Source of the DNA: the human T2T-CHM13v2.0 reference genome, Homo sapiens | DNA: 64,000 nucleotides | Assembly (NCBI RefSeq): GCF_009914755.1 | Contig: NC_060930.1 | Strand: one strand, 5' to 3' | Shown: positions 28,797 through 42,680 of the stretch, piece by piece | How positions within the stretch are numbered: the stretch's first letter is position 1 | Layout of the letters: every line of letters starts with the position of its first letter | Position numbers and translations under genes: made by a program | Notes under the pieces: generated by a model | The model's input: only the letters and a program-made list of their open reading frames with translations | Told to the model about the DNA's origin: nothing | Database searches by the model: none

Positions 28797-29113
28797 TTTC
28801 TTTCTTTTTCTTCTTCTTTTTTTTTTTTTTTTTGAGACGGAGTGTCTGTCTCCCAGGCTGGAGTGCAGTGGCGGCTCACTGCAAGCTCCACCTCCCAGGT
28901 TCACGCCATCCTCCTGCTTCGGCCTCCCGAGTAGCTGGGACTACAAGCACCTGCCACCACACCTGGCTAATTTTTTTTTTTTTTTTTGTATTTTTAGTAG
29001 AGACAGGGTTTCACCTTGTTAGCCAGGATGGTCTCGATCTCCTGACCTCGTGATCCGCCCATCTCGGCCTCCCAAAGTGCTGGAATTACAGGCGTGAGCC
29101 ACTGTGCCCGGCC
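28797..29113 (-). mobile_element. AluY
   Basis: TGCAAGCTCC, TTCACGCCAT and TTAGCCAGGATGGTCTCGATCTCC diagnostics; 16-bp TSD TATTGTTCTAATTTTC (28781-28796, 29114-29129). Confidence 0.95.
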
Positions 29114-32100
29114 TATTGTTCTAATTTTCAAAGCACTCTTAAGTATTTCATTCCTTTTGGTATTTAAAACAATTCTGTTATCCAGGGAGGGGGAGTGCTA
29201 GACTTTTAAAAAAAATGTTTAAACTGTAGAGATCTTTATAAGCTACAAAAATCATGACAGATAAGTGACAGGTCTTGGAATTAAACCCAGATCCTCTGAC
29301 CCCTAGTCTGAGTGGTATATTTGTAAAAAATACTAATGACTAGAGAACTGTGTAAATTCAGATATCCAGCAAGTAGACATACCTTGCCTCTTATCTCTGG
29401 TGAATAATTATAAATTAAATTAGGTCTCAAGGGACACAAATACACACTCATCATTTCTTTTTCTGAGCATCAGTGTTTATATCAGTGGTGCTTGGTATCT
29501 CAAATCCAGGCCTCCCGGCAGCCCATAGCCATTTTACTCTGCATTTTCTTCAAATATGCTCAGCTTTGAGGTTTCCCACAATTGGTCCCAGTTCCCTGGA
29601 CTGTCTTAGATCCTGTGGAATCCTATACTTACCTTCATTTCAGCAGCATTCCTGGTACCACGTGGACAGAGCTGATTTTATTCTGGCACTTTACTCGGTT
29701 GTGTTCAGCAACATGTCGGGCATGAAATATGCAGGTGCAAGCCTTGAGAAGCAAATGTAGCTTCCCTAGGCAGCCCTGACTTTCTTTTCACCCTACTTAC
29801 TTAGAAAGTTATGAGGAATTGGGGGTTGAGAACAAATATACAGAAGAAGGAGAATACTTTTGGTTCAAGTTACCCATGGATTAAGGGTTATGTCACGAGA
29901 CTCATTTTTTGTAGCGTTGTGTATCATTTTCCTCAGTTCAGGCTCAGTGAACACCCAAACCTCAATTTTTACCACCTTTGTCCATCCACTTAAAACTTTG
30001 ACAGATTTTGAAGCAGGTACCTGTGCTCTGGGATACCAGTCATCTTTGCGGTTTACAAGAGCACTTTCAAACATCCACAGAAAAAGGAAAAAAAAAAGTT
30101 TGTGCTAATGACCTGGTGATTTTTTTTTTCCTATGATCTCCCAGTAAAGTGTAAACTACTCTCATAGCTGTCAATAGAACCACTGAGTAACCAGTGCCTA
30201 CCTTATTTGAGGCGGTTTTAAGGTCAAAGGAATAATTATGAATGAACACTTTTGCTTGCTAGAGGAAAAATACATTAGGAAAAAGAAGGCAGCAGCTCAA
30301 ATGTCTATGGACAGCTTCAGGAGCGCTGAAAAGTGATATATAATCCCTCCAAATCCTCCTAAATTCTAAGCCAAAGAAATGTCAGTAAAATTTTAGCCAA
30401 AGCATGTTTCAGCTAGTATGCTACTTTAGGTAACCACACAGTAGAGTAGCACTGTTAGGAATTATGTGTACAGGGAGTGGGATTTTTGACCTCTTAAGGA
30501 GCAAGTAATTAGTTAATCGGTGCTGTTTTATATGATTGGCAGGATAATTTTACCATTTTATCTCAAGGAAGAAGTTTATATTTGTTGTATCTTTGCTACT
30601 GTGATATAATATTGATTATATTTTTTATTTATTTGATACCAAATATTTATTTGATCGGGAAATGTAACCACAGTAACATTTTCTGCCTGTGGAGAAATAT
30701 TGTTGTCACCTTAGAAACAATTTTCAAGAATTAAATTTGGTAAAAAGTGGGGACTTCTTATTCTTGTGGTCACTAATGAGTAGATTTTCCTTAGGATAAG
30801 TGCACTATAAATTTGCTATAATAACTAACTGATCAAATTTATAAACTGCTGTTTTCTGTGTCAATAAACGTTTCTACATAGCTCTGTGCACATCTCCTGC
30901 CATAACTGGGCATAACTCTTGTTATACAATGATTAAATAGAGCATTTTGGGGTAATATTCTTTTTGTCTCACAGAACTACCTTAGATCAAATTAACATTG
31001 CATATGATACAAGTTTATGAAATAGATTGCACACATGTTCTTTTACAAATGGATTTGACTCCTTGTGGCATTAGTGAAATTTACATTGATTAACCAGTAA
31101 GCTGTAATGTTGTTTTCGATTTGGGCTCAACAAATCAGTTTTACTTAATGCTCCAAGTGTTCTTTACTTTGGGGTATTTAGGGTAAGTAGATATTATATT
31201 GCCTGTGGGAAAACACTACACTTGTAATTAAGCTAAGGAGGTAATTTCATGAAAAGAAGAAGATAATAGGGCAAAGTTTTCAAGATAATGAGATTCCCAG
31301 AAATGCACGAACTATCCCTACTTGAATGAAATAAATTACATTATCATCCATCATATGACTAATCTAAGAGTAGCCATCTCTCTGTTAAAATAGACCTATC
31401 GAATAAAATGATAAAATACTGTCACTTAGGAAAAGGATAACAAATTAAGAAATACTATTAACAAAAGAACGCTGTGTAGAGTTAGCATTCCATAAATGTT
31501 CCTTGATTTGAATTGAACAAAAAAGACCTACAAAAAAGAAATTCTGCCTTTCCCACTTACAATATATTCTATTTGTACTTTTCTGTAAATAACAGTACAG
31601 AGTAAAAACTACATATAATGGGCACATATCCATACTTTAAAAAATACATCTATAACAACTTTTATGCAGTACATGAAAATAAGGTATTGATTTGTGGCAA
31701 CTATAGTAAAATGACTGTCTAGAAGTTGGGAGAATATTTAACATGAAGTTAAAACTTTCCTTTTGAAAAAACTTCCTTGCTGGTTTAGAGCTGAAGCTTA
31801 TACCATTACTGAAATCACTTATTCAAGGTAATTATGAAATGCAAGGTACAATGTATAAAAGTTGAAAATCAAGACAAGGTTCTGAGAACACATACAATCA
31901 TCTATTCCTAGAAAATAATTAACAAGGAAAAACTACCTGAATATTAGTTCTATTGGAGAAAAGTTACCAGGTAAGATATAAGTTCTATAAGATTGTTATG
32001 TATTTTATCACATCTCAGACTTTGTTTCTGATGCTAAAATTAGAAGACCAACAAATGGTATATTTAAAAAAATTCATTAAGCCCATCTCAGAAACTGAAC

Positions 32101-32289
32101 AAAAAGACTTGGGTTGGAAATGATACTGAGAAGTAATGGGAAGCAAACATAGATTCTATTCTTCCCCAAAGCTCAAATTACTTACTAAAATTGAGTAAGA
32201 GATTAAGAAGGCATCAGCATATTTTCCTCGCTGTTTTTTCCCCTTCCCAAAAGTTTTATATTCTAACTTTTTGAGAAGAAAAATAGAAA

Positions 32290-33130
32290 AACATTTAAAA
32301 AATAATTCATCATGAACAAGTGGAGTTTATCCCAAGGATGGTTTTACATTTGAAAATCAAATAGTGTAACTTATCAGAGTAACAGACTAAAAAAGAAAAA
32401 CCATATGATCACCTTAGTAGATGCTAAAAAAGCATCTGAGAAAATCCAACGTCCATTTCTGATGAAAACTCTCAGCAAATGAGAAATTGAAGGGAATTTC
32501 CTTGATCTGATAGAGATCATCACCAAAAAACCTGCAGCTAACATCATACTTAATAAGACTTAATGCTTTCCTCCTAAAATCAGGAAGAAGACAACGTCTG
32601 TTCTTACCACTTCTACTCAACATTGTTTTGAAAGTTCCAGCCAGTGCGATGGGCAAGAAAAAGAAAAGACAGATTGGATAGGGAGTGGTAAAACTGTCTT
32701 TGTTTGCAGATGACATGATTACATAGAAAGACTGATGGAATTTATAAAAATGCTACTAGAATAAGTTAGTGAGGTTGCAGAATACAAGTTGAGCATATAA
32801 ACTCAGCTGTATTTCTATATACTAGCAGTGATCAATATGAATTTCAATGTCATTGCAGTAACATAAATGTGTGAAGTATTTAGGAAATAAATTTGACAAA
32901 GAATATGCAAAACCTGTACACTGATAATTAAAAAGCATTATCGAGAGAAATTAAAGATGCATGTATAAATGGAGCAGTATAACTTGTTTATGGGTTAGAA
33001 AACACAATATTGCCAAGCTGTCATTTCTCCTTATATTAATTTATAGATTCAGTGTAATTCTACTCAATATTCCAGTAGGCTTTTTTGGGTAGAAATTGAT
33101 AGGAGTTCTAAAATTCATAGGGAAATTCAC
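32290..33130 (+). mobile_element. Old L1M ORF2 (reverse transcriptase region) fragment
   Basis: Degenerate RT-coding sequence (CAAGTGGAGTTTATCCCA, CTGTCTTTGTTTGCAGATGACATGAT = LFADDM motif); an L1M 3'UTR piece follows at about 33828-33986. Confidence 0.85.
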
Positions 33131-33210
33131 ATGGGAAGGCAGATATAGGTATACAGATATAAACAGATGTGTGTGCGTGTGTGCATGTAAATATAGATAT
33201 ATGAGAAGGT

Positions 33211-33814
33211 AGATACAGTCTGGGTCCAGTCAAGAGAGGGAATCTGTACAGTAATTAAAACAGAGAAAATATAAAGAATTACTAACTATAACAAGGGATT
33301 GGAGCAACCAGGGGTAAAGAGAACTCTACAGGAATAGCAGCTATAAGGAGCAGCTACGCTTTTGAATGCTGAGGCAGAGCACCCGAGAAAAAGTCCCACT
33401 CCTCGCCCCTCTGCCACCGCCTCAATAAGGTTGAAATACAGAACTAGACAGCAAAGGAACTGGCTGCAGCACTGGTGTAAGTTGCTTGAAATCCACTTTC
33501 TAGGGTGCCAGAGGAGCTGTTCATAGAACGTGTCTCATCAGAGGCACTCACCTATGAAAATGCCCGAGGACGTATTGCAGGGAGCTTGTGGCCACCTGGT
33601 GATGCCGGCCCCTAGAAGAGCCTGTCCAGTGCACACACTGGAACCCAGAAGGGAAACCCTTTCCTCTGGTAATATCTCTCCGGCGCCCTCTACCGACAAA
33701 GCTCAACATGCTGACAGCTCCAAAGGGAAAATATTTAAAGGACCTAGGTCCATTTTCATGGAGCAGGCAAAAAATGCATTTGGAGCTGAGAAGTAATAAA
33801 ACATTAACTGGCAC
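33211..33814 (-). mobile_element. LTR41-family ERVL solo LTR carrying a CTCF motif
   Basis: Minus strand begins TGTGCCAGTTAATGTTTTATTACTTCTCAGCTCCAAA and contains AGCTTTGTCGGTAGAGGGCGCCGG, as in the recalled LTR41 consensus. Confidence 0.75.
33680..33700 (-). promoter_or_regulatory. Candidate CTCF binding site (reverse) within LTR41
   Basis: Minus strand reads TTTGTCGGTAGAGGGCGCCGG with its CpGs retained. Confidence 0.55.
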
Positions 33815-33993
33815 AAATAGATAACAAAGAGGCATAAGGACATTTTAGGGGGAAAGGGTGATGGATATGTTCATTATCTTGACTGTAGTGACAGGTATAT
33901 ACATATGTCAAAACTTATCAAATTGTACAATTAAAATATGTGCCATTTATTATATGTCAAGTCTACCTTAATAAAGCTGTTAAAAATGTAACT

Positions 33994-34285
33994 GGTCAAG
34001 CACAGTGGCTCACTCCTGTAATCTCAGCACTTTGGGAGACTGAGGCTGGTGGATGGCTTGAGCTCAGGAGTTGGAGACCAGCCTGGGCAACATGGCAAAA
34101 CCCCATCTCTACCAAAAATACAAAAGTTAGCCAGATGTGGTGGCAGGCGCTTGTAGTCCAAGCTACTCAGGAGGCTGAGCCAGGAGGACTGCTTAAGCCT
34201 GGGAGGTCAAGGCTGCAGTGACCTGTGTTTGTGCCACTGCACTCCAGCCTGGGTGACAAAGTGAAACCCTGTCTCAAGAAAAAAA
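33994..34285 (+). mobile_element. AluJ
   Basis: J-type features (GCTTGAGCTCAGGAG, GGTCAAGGCTGCAGTG); TSD AAAAATGTA(A/T)CT. Confidence 0.92.
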
Positions 34286-36899
34286 AAAATGTATCTGAAA
34301 GTCTTCCACTACTCTCCTAACAGAAGCAACCCTTGCACTGATTAAAGGTTTAAGCGGAAGGTGTTTGTATCTATATGTGTGTGTGTATATATATATATAT
34401 GCATTTATGTATTATTTTTTCATACCAAGAGCAAAATTGCTGACCATTGAGGACTCTTCCTCAGGGTGAAATCCCCTAGGGGCTCTACCTTCAGATCCAC
34501 AGCTCAGGAGCCCAGTTTGGCTGGGGAAGCTCACCTCCATCTGCCTGTTCAGTGGGACCAAGAATTTAAAAACCTTCCTTGCCAAAATCCAGTAGCTCTG
34601 GAGCCAAGGCTGGACTTCCCCGGGGCCAGTCTTAACAGATACTTGGTGTTCATGAGCTCCAGCTGTCTGGCTGCAGCACAGCACTCCTTCCCTTCCTCTC
34701 TGGCCATGTCTTGCTTCCTGGGTAATGGATATCCCTGGACCCTCATCGCTCTCCTTTCTGGGAGGACCTGGTCCATGGCTGCTGTTCATGAGAGGTGTAG
34801 ATAATACACCATGTTACCACAGTGTGTGCTACCTTTGCAGTCTTAGAGCGTACTGACTGCCTTCCCTTTCTCACTCCCCAGTCTTCTTTATGTCAAATAG
34901 CAATTCTGCCTTAATTTAATATTTATTTATTGCCTACTATATGCAAGCATTGTGTTAGCTATGAAGGCTACAACAAGGGACAGTGCAGACATAGTCTTTG
35001 CCTTCATGGTGCTTACCTTTTAGGAGAAACTGCAGAAAACATAAACAAAAATCCCAACTTAGCTGGACTTATATAATGGTCAAATGGACATAATATAATG
35101 ATTTCTCTCTCAACATGCCATGTCATTCTTCAAACCAGAATTACTGTAAGCTCCTCAAGGGCAGGGACCCAGAAACGATGGACTACAGTGATGCCATTTA
35201 CATATACACACATTTACATACAAAATATTCACCTCTTGGGATGACTTTTTGATAGATGAGGGCTTATTAGAGAATTGGTTTGATTTTCCCTTAGCCTACT
35301 TCAAATTAATCTGTCAAAAAGTAATTAAAATTGTTGTTGTTGATGAAATATGTAACTGTGGCCTAGAGTCTATACATTATTTTATTTCCCTGCCACTGTC
35401 ACCACTGCCATCACAAAATGAATTTCATACTAGATGTTTATTAAAAGGCAGCTAGAGTGTGCTGGAGGTTGGGTGGTGAGTTGAGACATGCATTAATTAT
35501 CCATTAAATCAATCAATGAAACATGCTTTTGAGCATGACTCTGTGCCCAGGACCAGGCTGGTTCTGTAGGGATGAGAAGAGCCATGTAAGAATTCAGTTT
35601 TGTCCTTACAAACCTCAAATTGTTAAATGTGAAAACTAGCCAGTAGAGGCCATTTGCTTTGGAATGGTGGTACTAAACCCAAGGCCAAAAGAAATCAGAA
35701 ATGAATAGTGTTTGGGTCTTACAGTCAAAGGACTTTCTGTGGAAGAGCTAGGCTTTATAGGATATTTAGAAAATTGAAAAGTTGAAAGAAGGGTTTGGGG
35801 AGAGTGGATATAAGAGAGTAAATGAAGGGCATGATGTGGGATGAGACAGGTGAGGCTATTAAAAGTGTCATGGAATTAATCACATGAATTTTTAAAAACT
35901 GCAACTTGTTTTTGCATATTCTATAATGTAGTGGCTTCAATTAGTTTGACAAAATATTTAAAATATGTATAGTGTACTATTTTCTAACAATTAAACAACC
36001 AAATTTCATTCTCTTCAAAAAGCATAGGGCAATTTCCTATTTTCTAAGAATATCACTGTGAAAATTACATTTAATTAATTCTTGACCTTGGAATACATCA
36101 TGCACCATTTAATCTATCCTCTAGTTTTATTTGGATTTCATATCCAACTCATATTCACCCCCAAAGTATAGAGAATATGCAAACCTGACCTCTTATTTTT
36201 AGTAAACTATCGTTTTTTACTGCTTTGGAAAAAAGTATATGCATGGGCCTGGAAGAAAATGTTATTTTAATAATCTGACATAGAAACTATAAACTTCTCA
36301 GTCCATTTTGTACTGGTTTCAATGGAGCATAACTAATTCAATGCTTTCTGGGCATAGTACACTAGAGAGAAATCTTTCAATGAACAGTGCAATGAGATGG
36401 CACATATTTGTATTGCAAAATACATCTTGAAACAGTTTTAAGTTCAAAATAGGAACATCCTTAGCAAATTAAATGCTAAATGTTCCCTAGGTGCCATAAA
36501 GACATCACAGATAACTCTACCACACTTTAGTGGAAACATTTGCATATCATTTTCTAAGCCATTTAGTAGTCCCCAAACAGAATGTCCTATCTTCCTCACA
36601 CAGAGCATGGGTCTCCTGCCTAGGTCTTTTGGCCTCTGCCTCCCTGGGTGACAGAACTCCCTCTCTATGCACTGCACTCCCTACTTCTCACATAACTAGT
36701 GCTGGGGAATAACTTCCTCTCCATAGAGGTCTAGGGGCCAGAAACAGAATGTGAAGCTGGGTTTACTTTTCAGGAATCAATAAACTGTGCATATTCTATT
36801 AAAAAATAAGCACCCTAGAACCTTACCATAACCTTGGGGCCAATGCTAGGTATTTGACTTATTTTAGAGGAAAATGACTTGTTACTCATTTTCTTGGGT

Positions 36900-38865
36900 T
36901 TTTCAGTTTCAAAACTCATAAAACCTTGCCATCTCCAACAACTTTACATCTCTGAAATCCTATTTTGAAACCTCCTGCCTCAACCGTCACGTCCTATTCA
37001 TCCAGTTCACTGATTCCAGTACTCCACTCCAGAAATTTTCTGACCTCCTTGAGACCCATCACTCCTTTACATGACTAGTGTGTTTCCTCCTTGCCGTCCT
37101 TCTCATAACCTCACTTTCTCCTTGGCTTGGAGTCCATGGTTCCGCTGTATAATTATCCCTCATAAACACTGTCACTCTTTTCCATTCTCTTCATTTGGCA
37201 AAACCTCAACCATGGTGAGCTGGGCAGAATAATGGCTACCTAAAGATGCCACGAGCTAATCCCTGGATGTGTGAATATGTCAGATTATATGGCGAAGGGG
37301 AATTAAAGTTGCAGATGGAATGAAGGTTGGTAATAGCTGGCATTGAGATGGAGAGATTGTCCTGCATTATCCAGGTGGGCCCAGTGTAATCTCATGGGAG
37401 GCAGAGGAGGGAGAAGCAGAGGTATGGCAGCCATTGCTGGCATTGAAGATGCAAGGGATCAACAAAGCCAAGAGATGAGCTCCAGAAGCTGGAAAAGGCA
37501 AAGAAATGGATTCTTCCTTAGTGCCTCCAGAAGGAATGCAGCCCTGCTGACTTCTTGAATTTAGCCCAGTAATATCCAGTTTGGACTTCTGACCTGTAGC
37601 AAGGTAATCAATTTGTGTTCCCTAAGCCACTAAGTCTGAGTATGTTATAAAAGCAATAGAAAACTAATGCCCACGGTTAAATTCAACTATCTACTTACTC
37701 TCTGCCAGCATCTACAGAGTTGATTATTGCAAAAAGCATACCACCATGCTAGTTGACCTCACTTTAAATATGGCTACATGTCAAAATTGGCCTCTTGACT
37801 TTTCCAGACTATCTTACCACACTTCTCCTTCTCCTCCAAGATAATTATTTTACAACTTTTCTTTCCTCAAATCTCCATCACTGCCTTTCCTCAATTAACT
37901 CTTAGCTTATGCTTCTTACTTTACCGAAAAAACAATGATAAATAATTGGAAAATACCACATGTTCCTGCCATTTTCCTAATGTTTCTATTGGTGCACAGG
38001 TGTTCTGTCTTCCACATGTTATAGTAGTAGATGAACTGTCCATGAGCCAATTGAAAGCCCATCTCTTCCATTGAGTCCTGGATCCCACCCCTCTTGACAT
38101 CTCAGGGGCCTCCCTAATGGCAGTAACACTTAGTAGCTCAGGCAAAATATGCTGAAGTCTTAATTCCACTTTCCCCCTCAAATGCCATATCCAAAGGCAC
38201 TGGTAATTCCTGTTGTCTCTACACCATAGATGCCCTGAGTCCAGTTACTTCTGTCATCTAGAGATGAGACTGCTACAGCTTGGTCCAGTTCTTCTTCATC
38301 TCTCACCTGGATGGATGCAATAACCTTTCTATCTTCACTCTCCACTGTTCTATGGCCTTAGTAATTTTTTCTAAAGTGTAGATTAAACTATTTCTTCACC
38401 CATAATCTTCAAAATTATCTCCACTGCAACCAGTAAAAAATCTAAACTCTAGCATGCGCTACGAAAATATATGTAACTGGACACCTGTTTACTCCAGCCT
38501 TATTACAACTTTTCCCTTCATTTACTCCAGTCACACTGGCCCCCTTTCTCTCCCTCACATTAAACAGGCTTGTTTCCACCCAGGAGAGTTGTATTTGCTA
38601 TTCCTTCTGCTTGGAATGATCTTCCTCTCCTTCAATGGATGGCTGCCTTCTTTCCATTGATGTTTCAATTCGAGTGTCACCTCTTCTAAGAAGACTTCAT
38701 TAATGCTAGCCAAGCAAGCCTAAAGTTGATCTATTAAATTACTCATAGCGTATATCAGTATCCAAACTCTCACTGATCCATTAGCTAAAACACCATCCAT
38801 TTATTATCTGCCTGCCCCCACCAGAATGCCTGGCATATAGTGTTTCAATAATTTTTTTAATGACT
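36900..38865 (+). mobile_element. Degenerate L2 LINE interrupted by MLT1D
   Basis: Pyrimidine-rich L2 ORF2/3' motifs (TCTCTCACCTGGATG..GCAATAACCT; TGCCTGGCATATAGT at the 3' end). Confidence 0.6.
37216..37671 (+). mobile_element. MLT1C/D-type MaLR solo LTR
   Basis: GGCAGAATAATGGC...TTATCCAGGTGGGCCCAGTGTAATC...AGCAATAGAAAACTAAT; 5-bp TSD CATGG/CACGG. Confidence 0.85.
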
Positions 38866-41800
38866 ACTCTTACGCTAGTCTATAAGTTAACACTCCAGAG
38901 TTAACTTGGTTGAAGAAAGATTTGGGCAAGATAACTGTCAAAGTCTTTTTTTTTTATGTGATCATTTACTTGTCCTTGGAAGTAGTATGAAAGTAGGATG
39001 CCTGTGTATCATTACATTGTTATCATTAGAAATCAGGCTGGCCAGCTGCAGTACCTACCCATCTTTCTTTGTTTCTACTTTGATTCTGTGACAGGATTAG
39101 TGACAGTGATAATTACCTCAAATGAATAGTTTATACCTAACTGAGAGTGCTTATATTTTAATTTTTGTTCTGCCATTACAATGACAAGTTGTGGGCTTTC
39201 TCTGCATTTGTTACACATGCATTGCTTTGGTTTCTGAGACTAAAATGGAATAACCTGGGTGGTGGAAACAATTTATAGTTCTTTAAACCACTATAGTGCC
39301 AAACATGTAGCAGGTTCTCTATGACTAGTTTGACTCACTGATGTATTTTCTATGGAGTCACAAATATTTCTTGCCTCACTGAGGCCTTCCTTTCCTCCAT
39401 GCCTAGCAATGCACTCACCTTCTACTTTATCCATTGTGCTGTTACTTTTAAGTGTTAGCAGTAAGTGGAGGAATAATCCCTCCCATTTCTGATTTACAGA
39501 ATAGGATGTTACTAAAGTTTTCTTGATGGTAATGACATAAGAACTCTCAGAACTTTTCAACAGAGTCTTAGCTACTGAAGATCCAATAGGATCATATAAT
39601 TATGTGATCTCTTACAGCATGATTTGCAAAAACAGGAATGCTGGGAGGCCTCAGTCATTGGCAATATAGAGTCACACATTTTTCCTACTTACAAAACTGC
39701 TCTTTAAAATCTGATTATGTGCAGATATTAGGTCTATTTTGTTATTATTACACATATGTTTTTATGATTGGCACAATATTTATGTTTTGATTTTTCCTTT
39801 CTTGACTAAATTAATCATAGTATAATATCTAAATGAAGCAATATATATTACTTAGAGGACAAAAATATTTAAAGAAAATGCTGCAGTTGAAACTGCAAGT
39901 TACTTTTTAAAAAAATCGTATTGATCAGTTGCTTTGCTGTAATTTAGACTCAGTCATAGGAAAATGCACTCTTTTTGTGTTAAAAGGTTATGTGAACACA
40001 AAGGTTATGTGATTTCATTAATTCACTCAGCAAATCACCTTTGATATTATCTTCATAAGCTTTATAAATGCAAGGACAGTGTTCATATGGTTCAGTATTT
40101 TTTCTGCAGCGACCAGAGTCCTGGTCCCGAAATCAAGTGCATAAATGCTATGTACAATGTGGAATCTCAGTAATTCCCAGTTGGCAAATTATGAGGATAA
40201 TAATAAAACCTATATGAGGATATATTTTATTTTTTATGCCATCCCATATATTTCTGTCTCACATGAAAAAGGCATGAAAGTAACACATGAATTTTAGAGT
40301 GGTTGATGGTGGTTGAAGGGTATGTTCATTTTCCTGAAGATAATTTTTTTTAATTCTGATTTTCTAAGAAAACTATAAAAGTCTCTCATAGACACATTTA
40401 CAAACAAGAAACAATGGCATTTAGTTGAATTTTGGGGAATAAGTTTTTGCAGCAAGTATGTCTAGCATGAAGTTAGCAGTCTCAGAACCTTTTGGCTAAA
40501 TTACATGAGTCTCTTTCTCTTAAAAAGCTAACCAAGTCTCTGTTAGCTTGGTCTAGTCCTGCTATAAAGAAAAGAATAATGTCACATATCTGTCCTATCA
40601 TTATAACAATGACATAGTGTTAACCTCTTATGGAAGGGGAAAGAAGCATAGATGCCAGATTGAATCCCACTGGCCCGAAAATCTTGCTCTTTCCCTTATA
40701 CACAATCCCTCCACAAATGCAAAAAACATGGCTAACTTGCTGTGATCCTTCCCCACATTATTTCAAATGTCCAGAAAGACACTAAATAAAATCAGAAGTT
40801 GAACTATTTGAAGGAAGTTCTCTTTCTTTTTATTTTTTGTTTGAAATCCTGTTTAGCATCCAAGCAGGCTTCTATGATTGACGGTGGTAAATGACAGATA
40901 GAGTTCAATACAGTTCTGTGGTGAAGGGTAAGTATTTTAGTGTCTCTGTGGCCTGATCCAAAGGCTATTCCTAGCAGTTTGTCATTTAGTACAGAGAAGG
41001 TTAGTGAGGTCATGTTGATATATGATCTTTTATGCCCTGAACTTATCACTGCAGTTGAACTGGCCCTATAATTCTCATTAACAATGAGCAGTTATTTTTT
41101 GATACTAAAGCATAAAATAAAACAATTTTTTTTGCTCTATTCTCCAAACTACAATATAAAGAAAAGGCACTGCTTGAAGTTTAAAGTATTCCACCAGAGA
41201 AATTTAGGGTATCTTTATTTTTACCCACAGGAGTAAAAAGACTTTGGCGTTCTCAGAAGAAAACCAAATGAGATCACACGAATGAGACTGCTGGTAAGAA
41301 CTGTCTAAATGTTAACATCACCATGATAAATATCTGTTTTTAATGGAGAATGAGATTACCTTTAAAGATATTCTAGCATCTCAGCATATATTCCAAAAGG
41401 AATACAATTCTCTAAAGGAAAAAAATGCCAAAGAGATGGGAAGGCAATGTGGGATGGGAGAAAGAAATGCCAGCCTAAGAATTAGGAGACCCCAGTTCTA
41501 GTTTGCCTAGGTTATGGGCTAAATGATGTGCAGCAAAGACCATAACCTCTCTTTACCTGGTCTTTTCTTGCTTGGATTTTACTAACAGCCTGAAGTGTTT
41601 TTGAGTCAGCTGACAAACTTACTAGGTCTCCAAATCCATTTACCCCACAGACCTTTCTATTTTTATAAGTTTCAGCAGTATCTCCAAGAGCATTAAGAAT
41701 AAAGTTAAATTTCTTAGCAGGCCATAGATATCTTTCAAGGTTTAACCCTTGCTTACCTTTTACTTTGCCCTTCGCCTTCCACTTCCCACCTCCTTCCCCA

Positions 41801-42449
41801 TCCTCTTGCCATCCAGAACTAATGGAACTTCTGCCCTAACAGCTAGATCTCCATTTTCCCCCACCACTGACCTAACTCTTACTTAATGAGTTTAAGTAAT
41901 GGCTTACTTCACCTTAATTGCTGCCCTTCCTTTTGGGTTTGGTGCCATCCTTTGTTACATTTTAGCACTTACTGTATTATAATAATCTGTTTACTTATTT
42001 GTTCTCCCCCTCCCTTCATCCATTAGACTAACGCTTCTTGGCAAAGGGTAGTAACTGAATAATGAATGCATGAAAATCAACTCTCCTTATTCCTATTATT
42101 ATAGGGGAAGGGGAGATGGAAGTTGAGTCATTGGCTAATATCATCATCAAGAAATCAAGTCATCATTTTTACCAGGAATTCAAAATTCCTCCCCCTCCCC
42201 ATTCCGGCTGAATCCTCTGGTGGAAAATAACTAATTAATTAACTGAATTAATTTTAATTCATTAGAATACTAAAATTAATGTTGAAGAAATAGCTCATTC
42301 CTTTTACTTTCTAGGCAAAATATCTTGAATTTGACTGCAAATAATAAGTTCCTTTGGGCTAATTTTTCATTCAACCCTGTCTTGGCTCCATGTGATCATG
42401 GTTTATATCTGGGCATCACTTATCTCTGCTAGAAAACACAGAGGTAGCC

Positions 42450-42680
42450 TGGAATAATGGAACAAAATATTTCTCCACGCAAAATCAGAAAATATGGGTT
42501 TGAATTTGTCATTTCTTAGTGTGGTGACATTGGGCAACATATGGAATCTTTTGAACCTCAGTCTTCTCTTCTGTAAATTAGGGTAATACCCAGCTTACAA
42601 AGTTATGGCAAGTCTCAGGTAAAATGATCCATGATGTGAAAGCACTTCAAAAGAGTTAAATGCTAAACAAGTATGCTATT
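42450..42680 (+). mobile_element. MIR SINE (representative; further MIRs near 51520-51760 +, 51975-52170 +, 59290-59520 -, 63060-63270 -)
   Basis: MIR core GTGACATTGGGCAA...CCTCAGTCTTCTCTTCTGTAAA. Confidence 0.7.

Noticed and set aside
34471-34487. CCCCTAGGGGCTCT as a third CTCF site
   Set aside because: It is one G short of the core spacing and is more simply a short palindrome.
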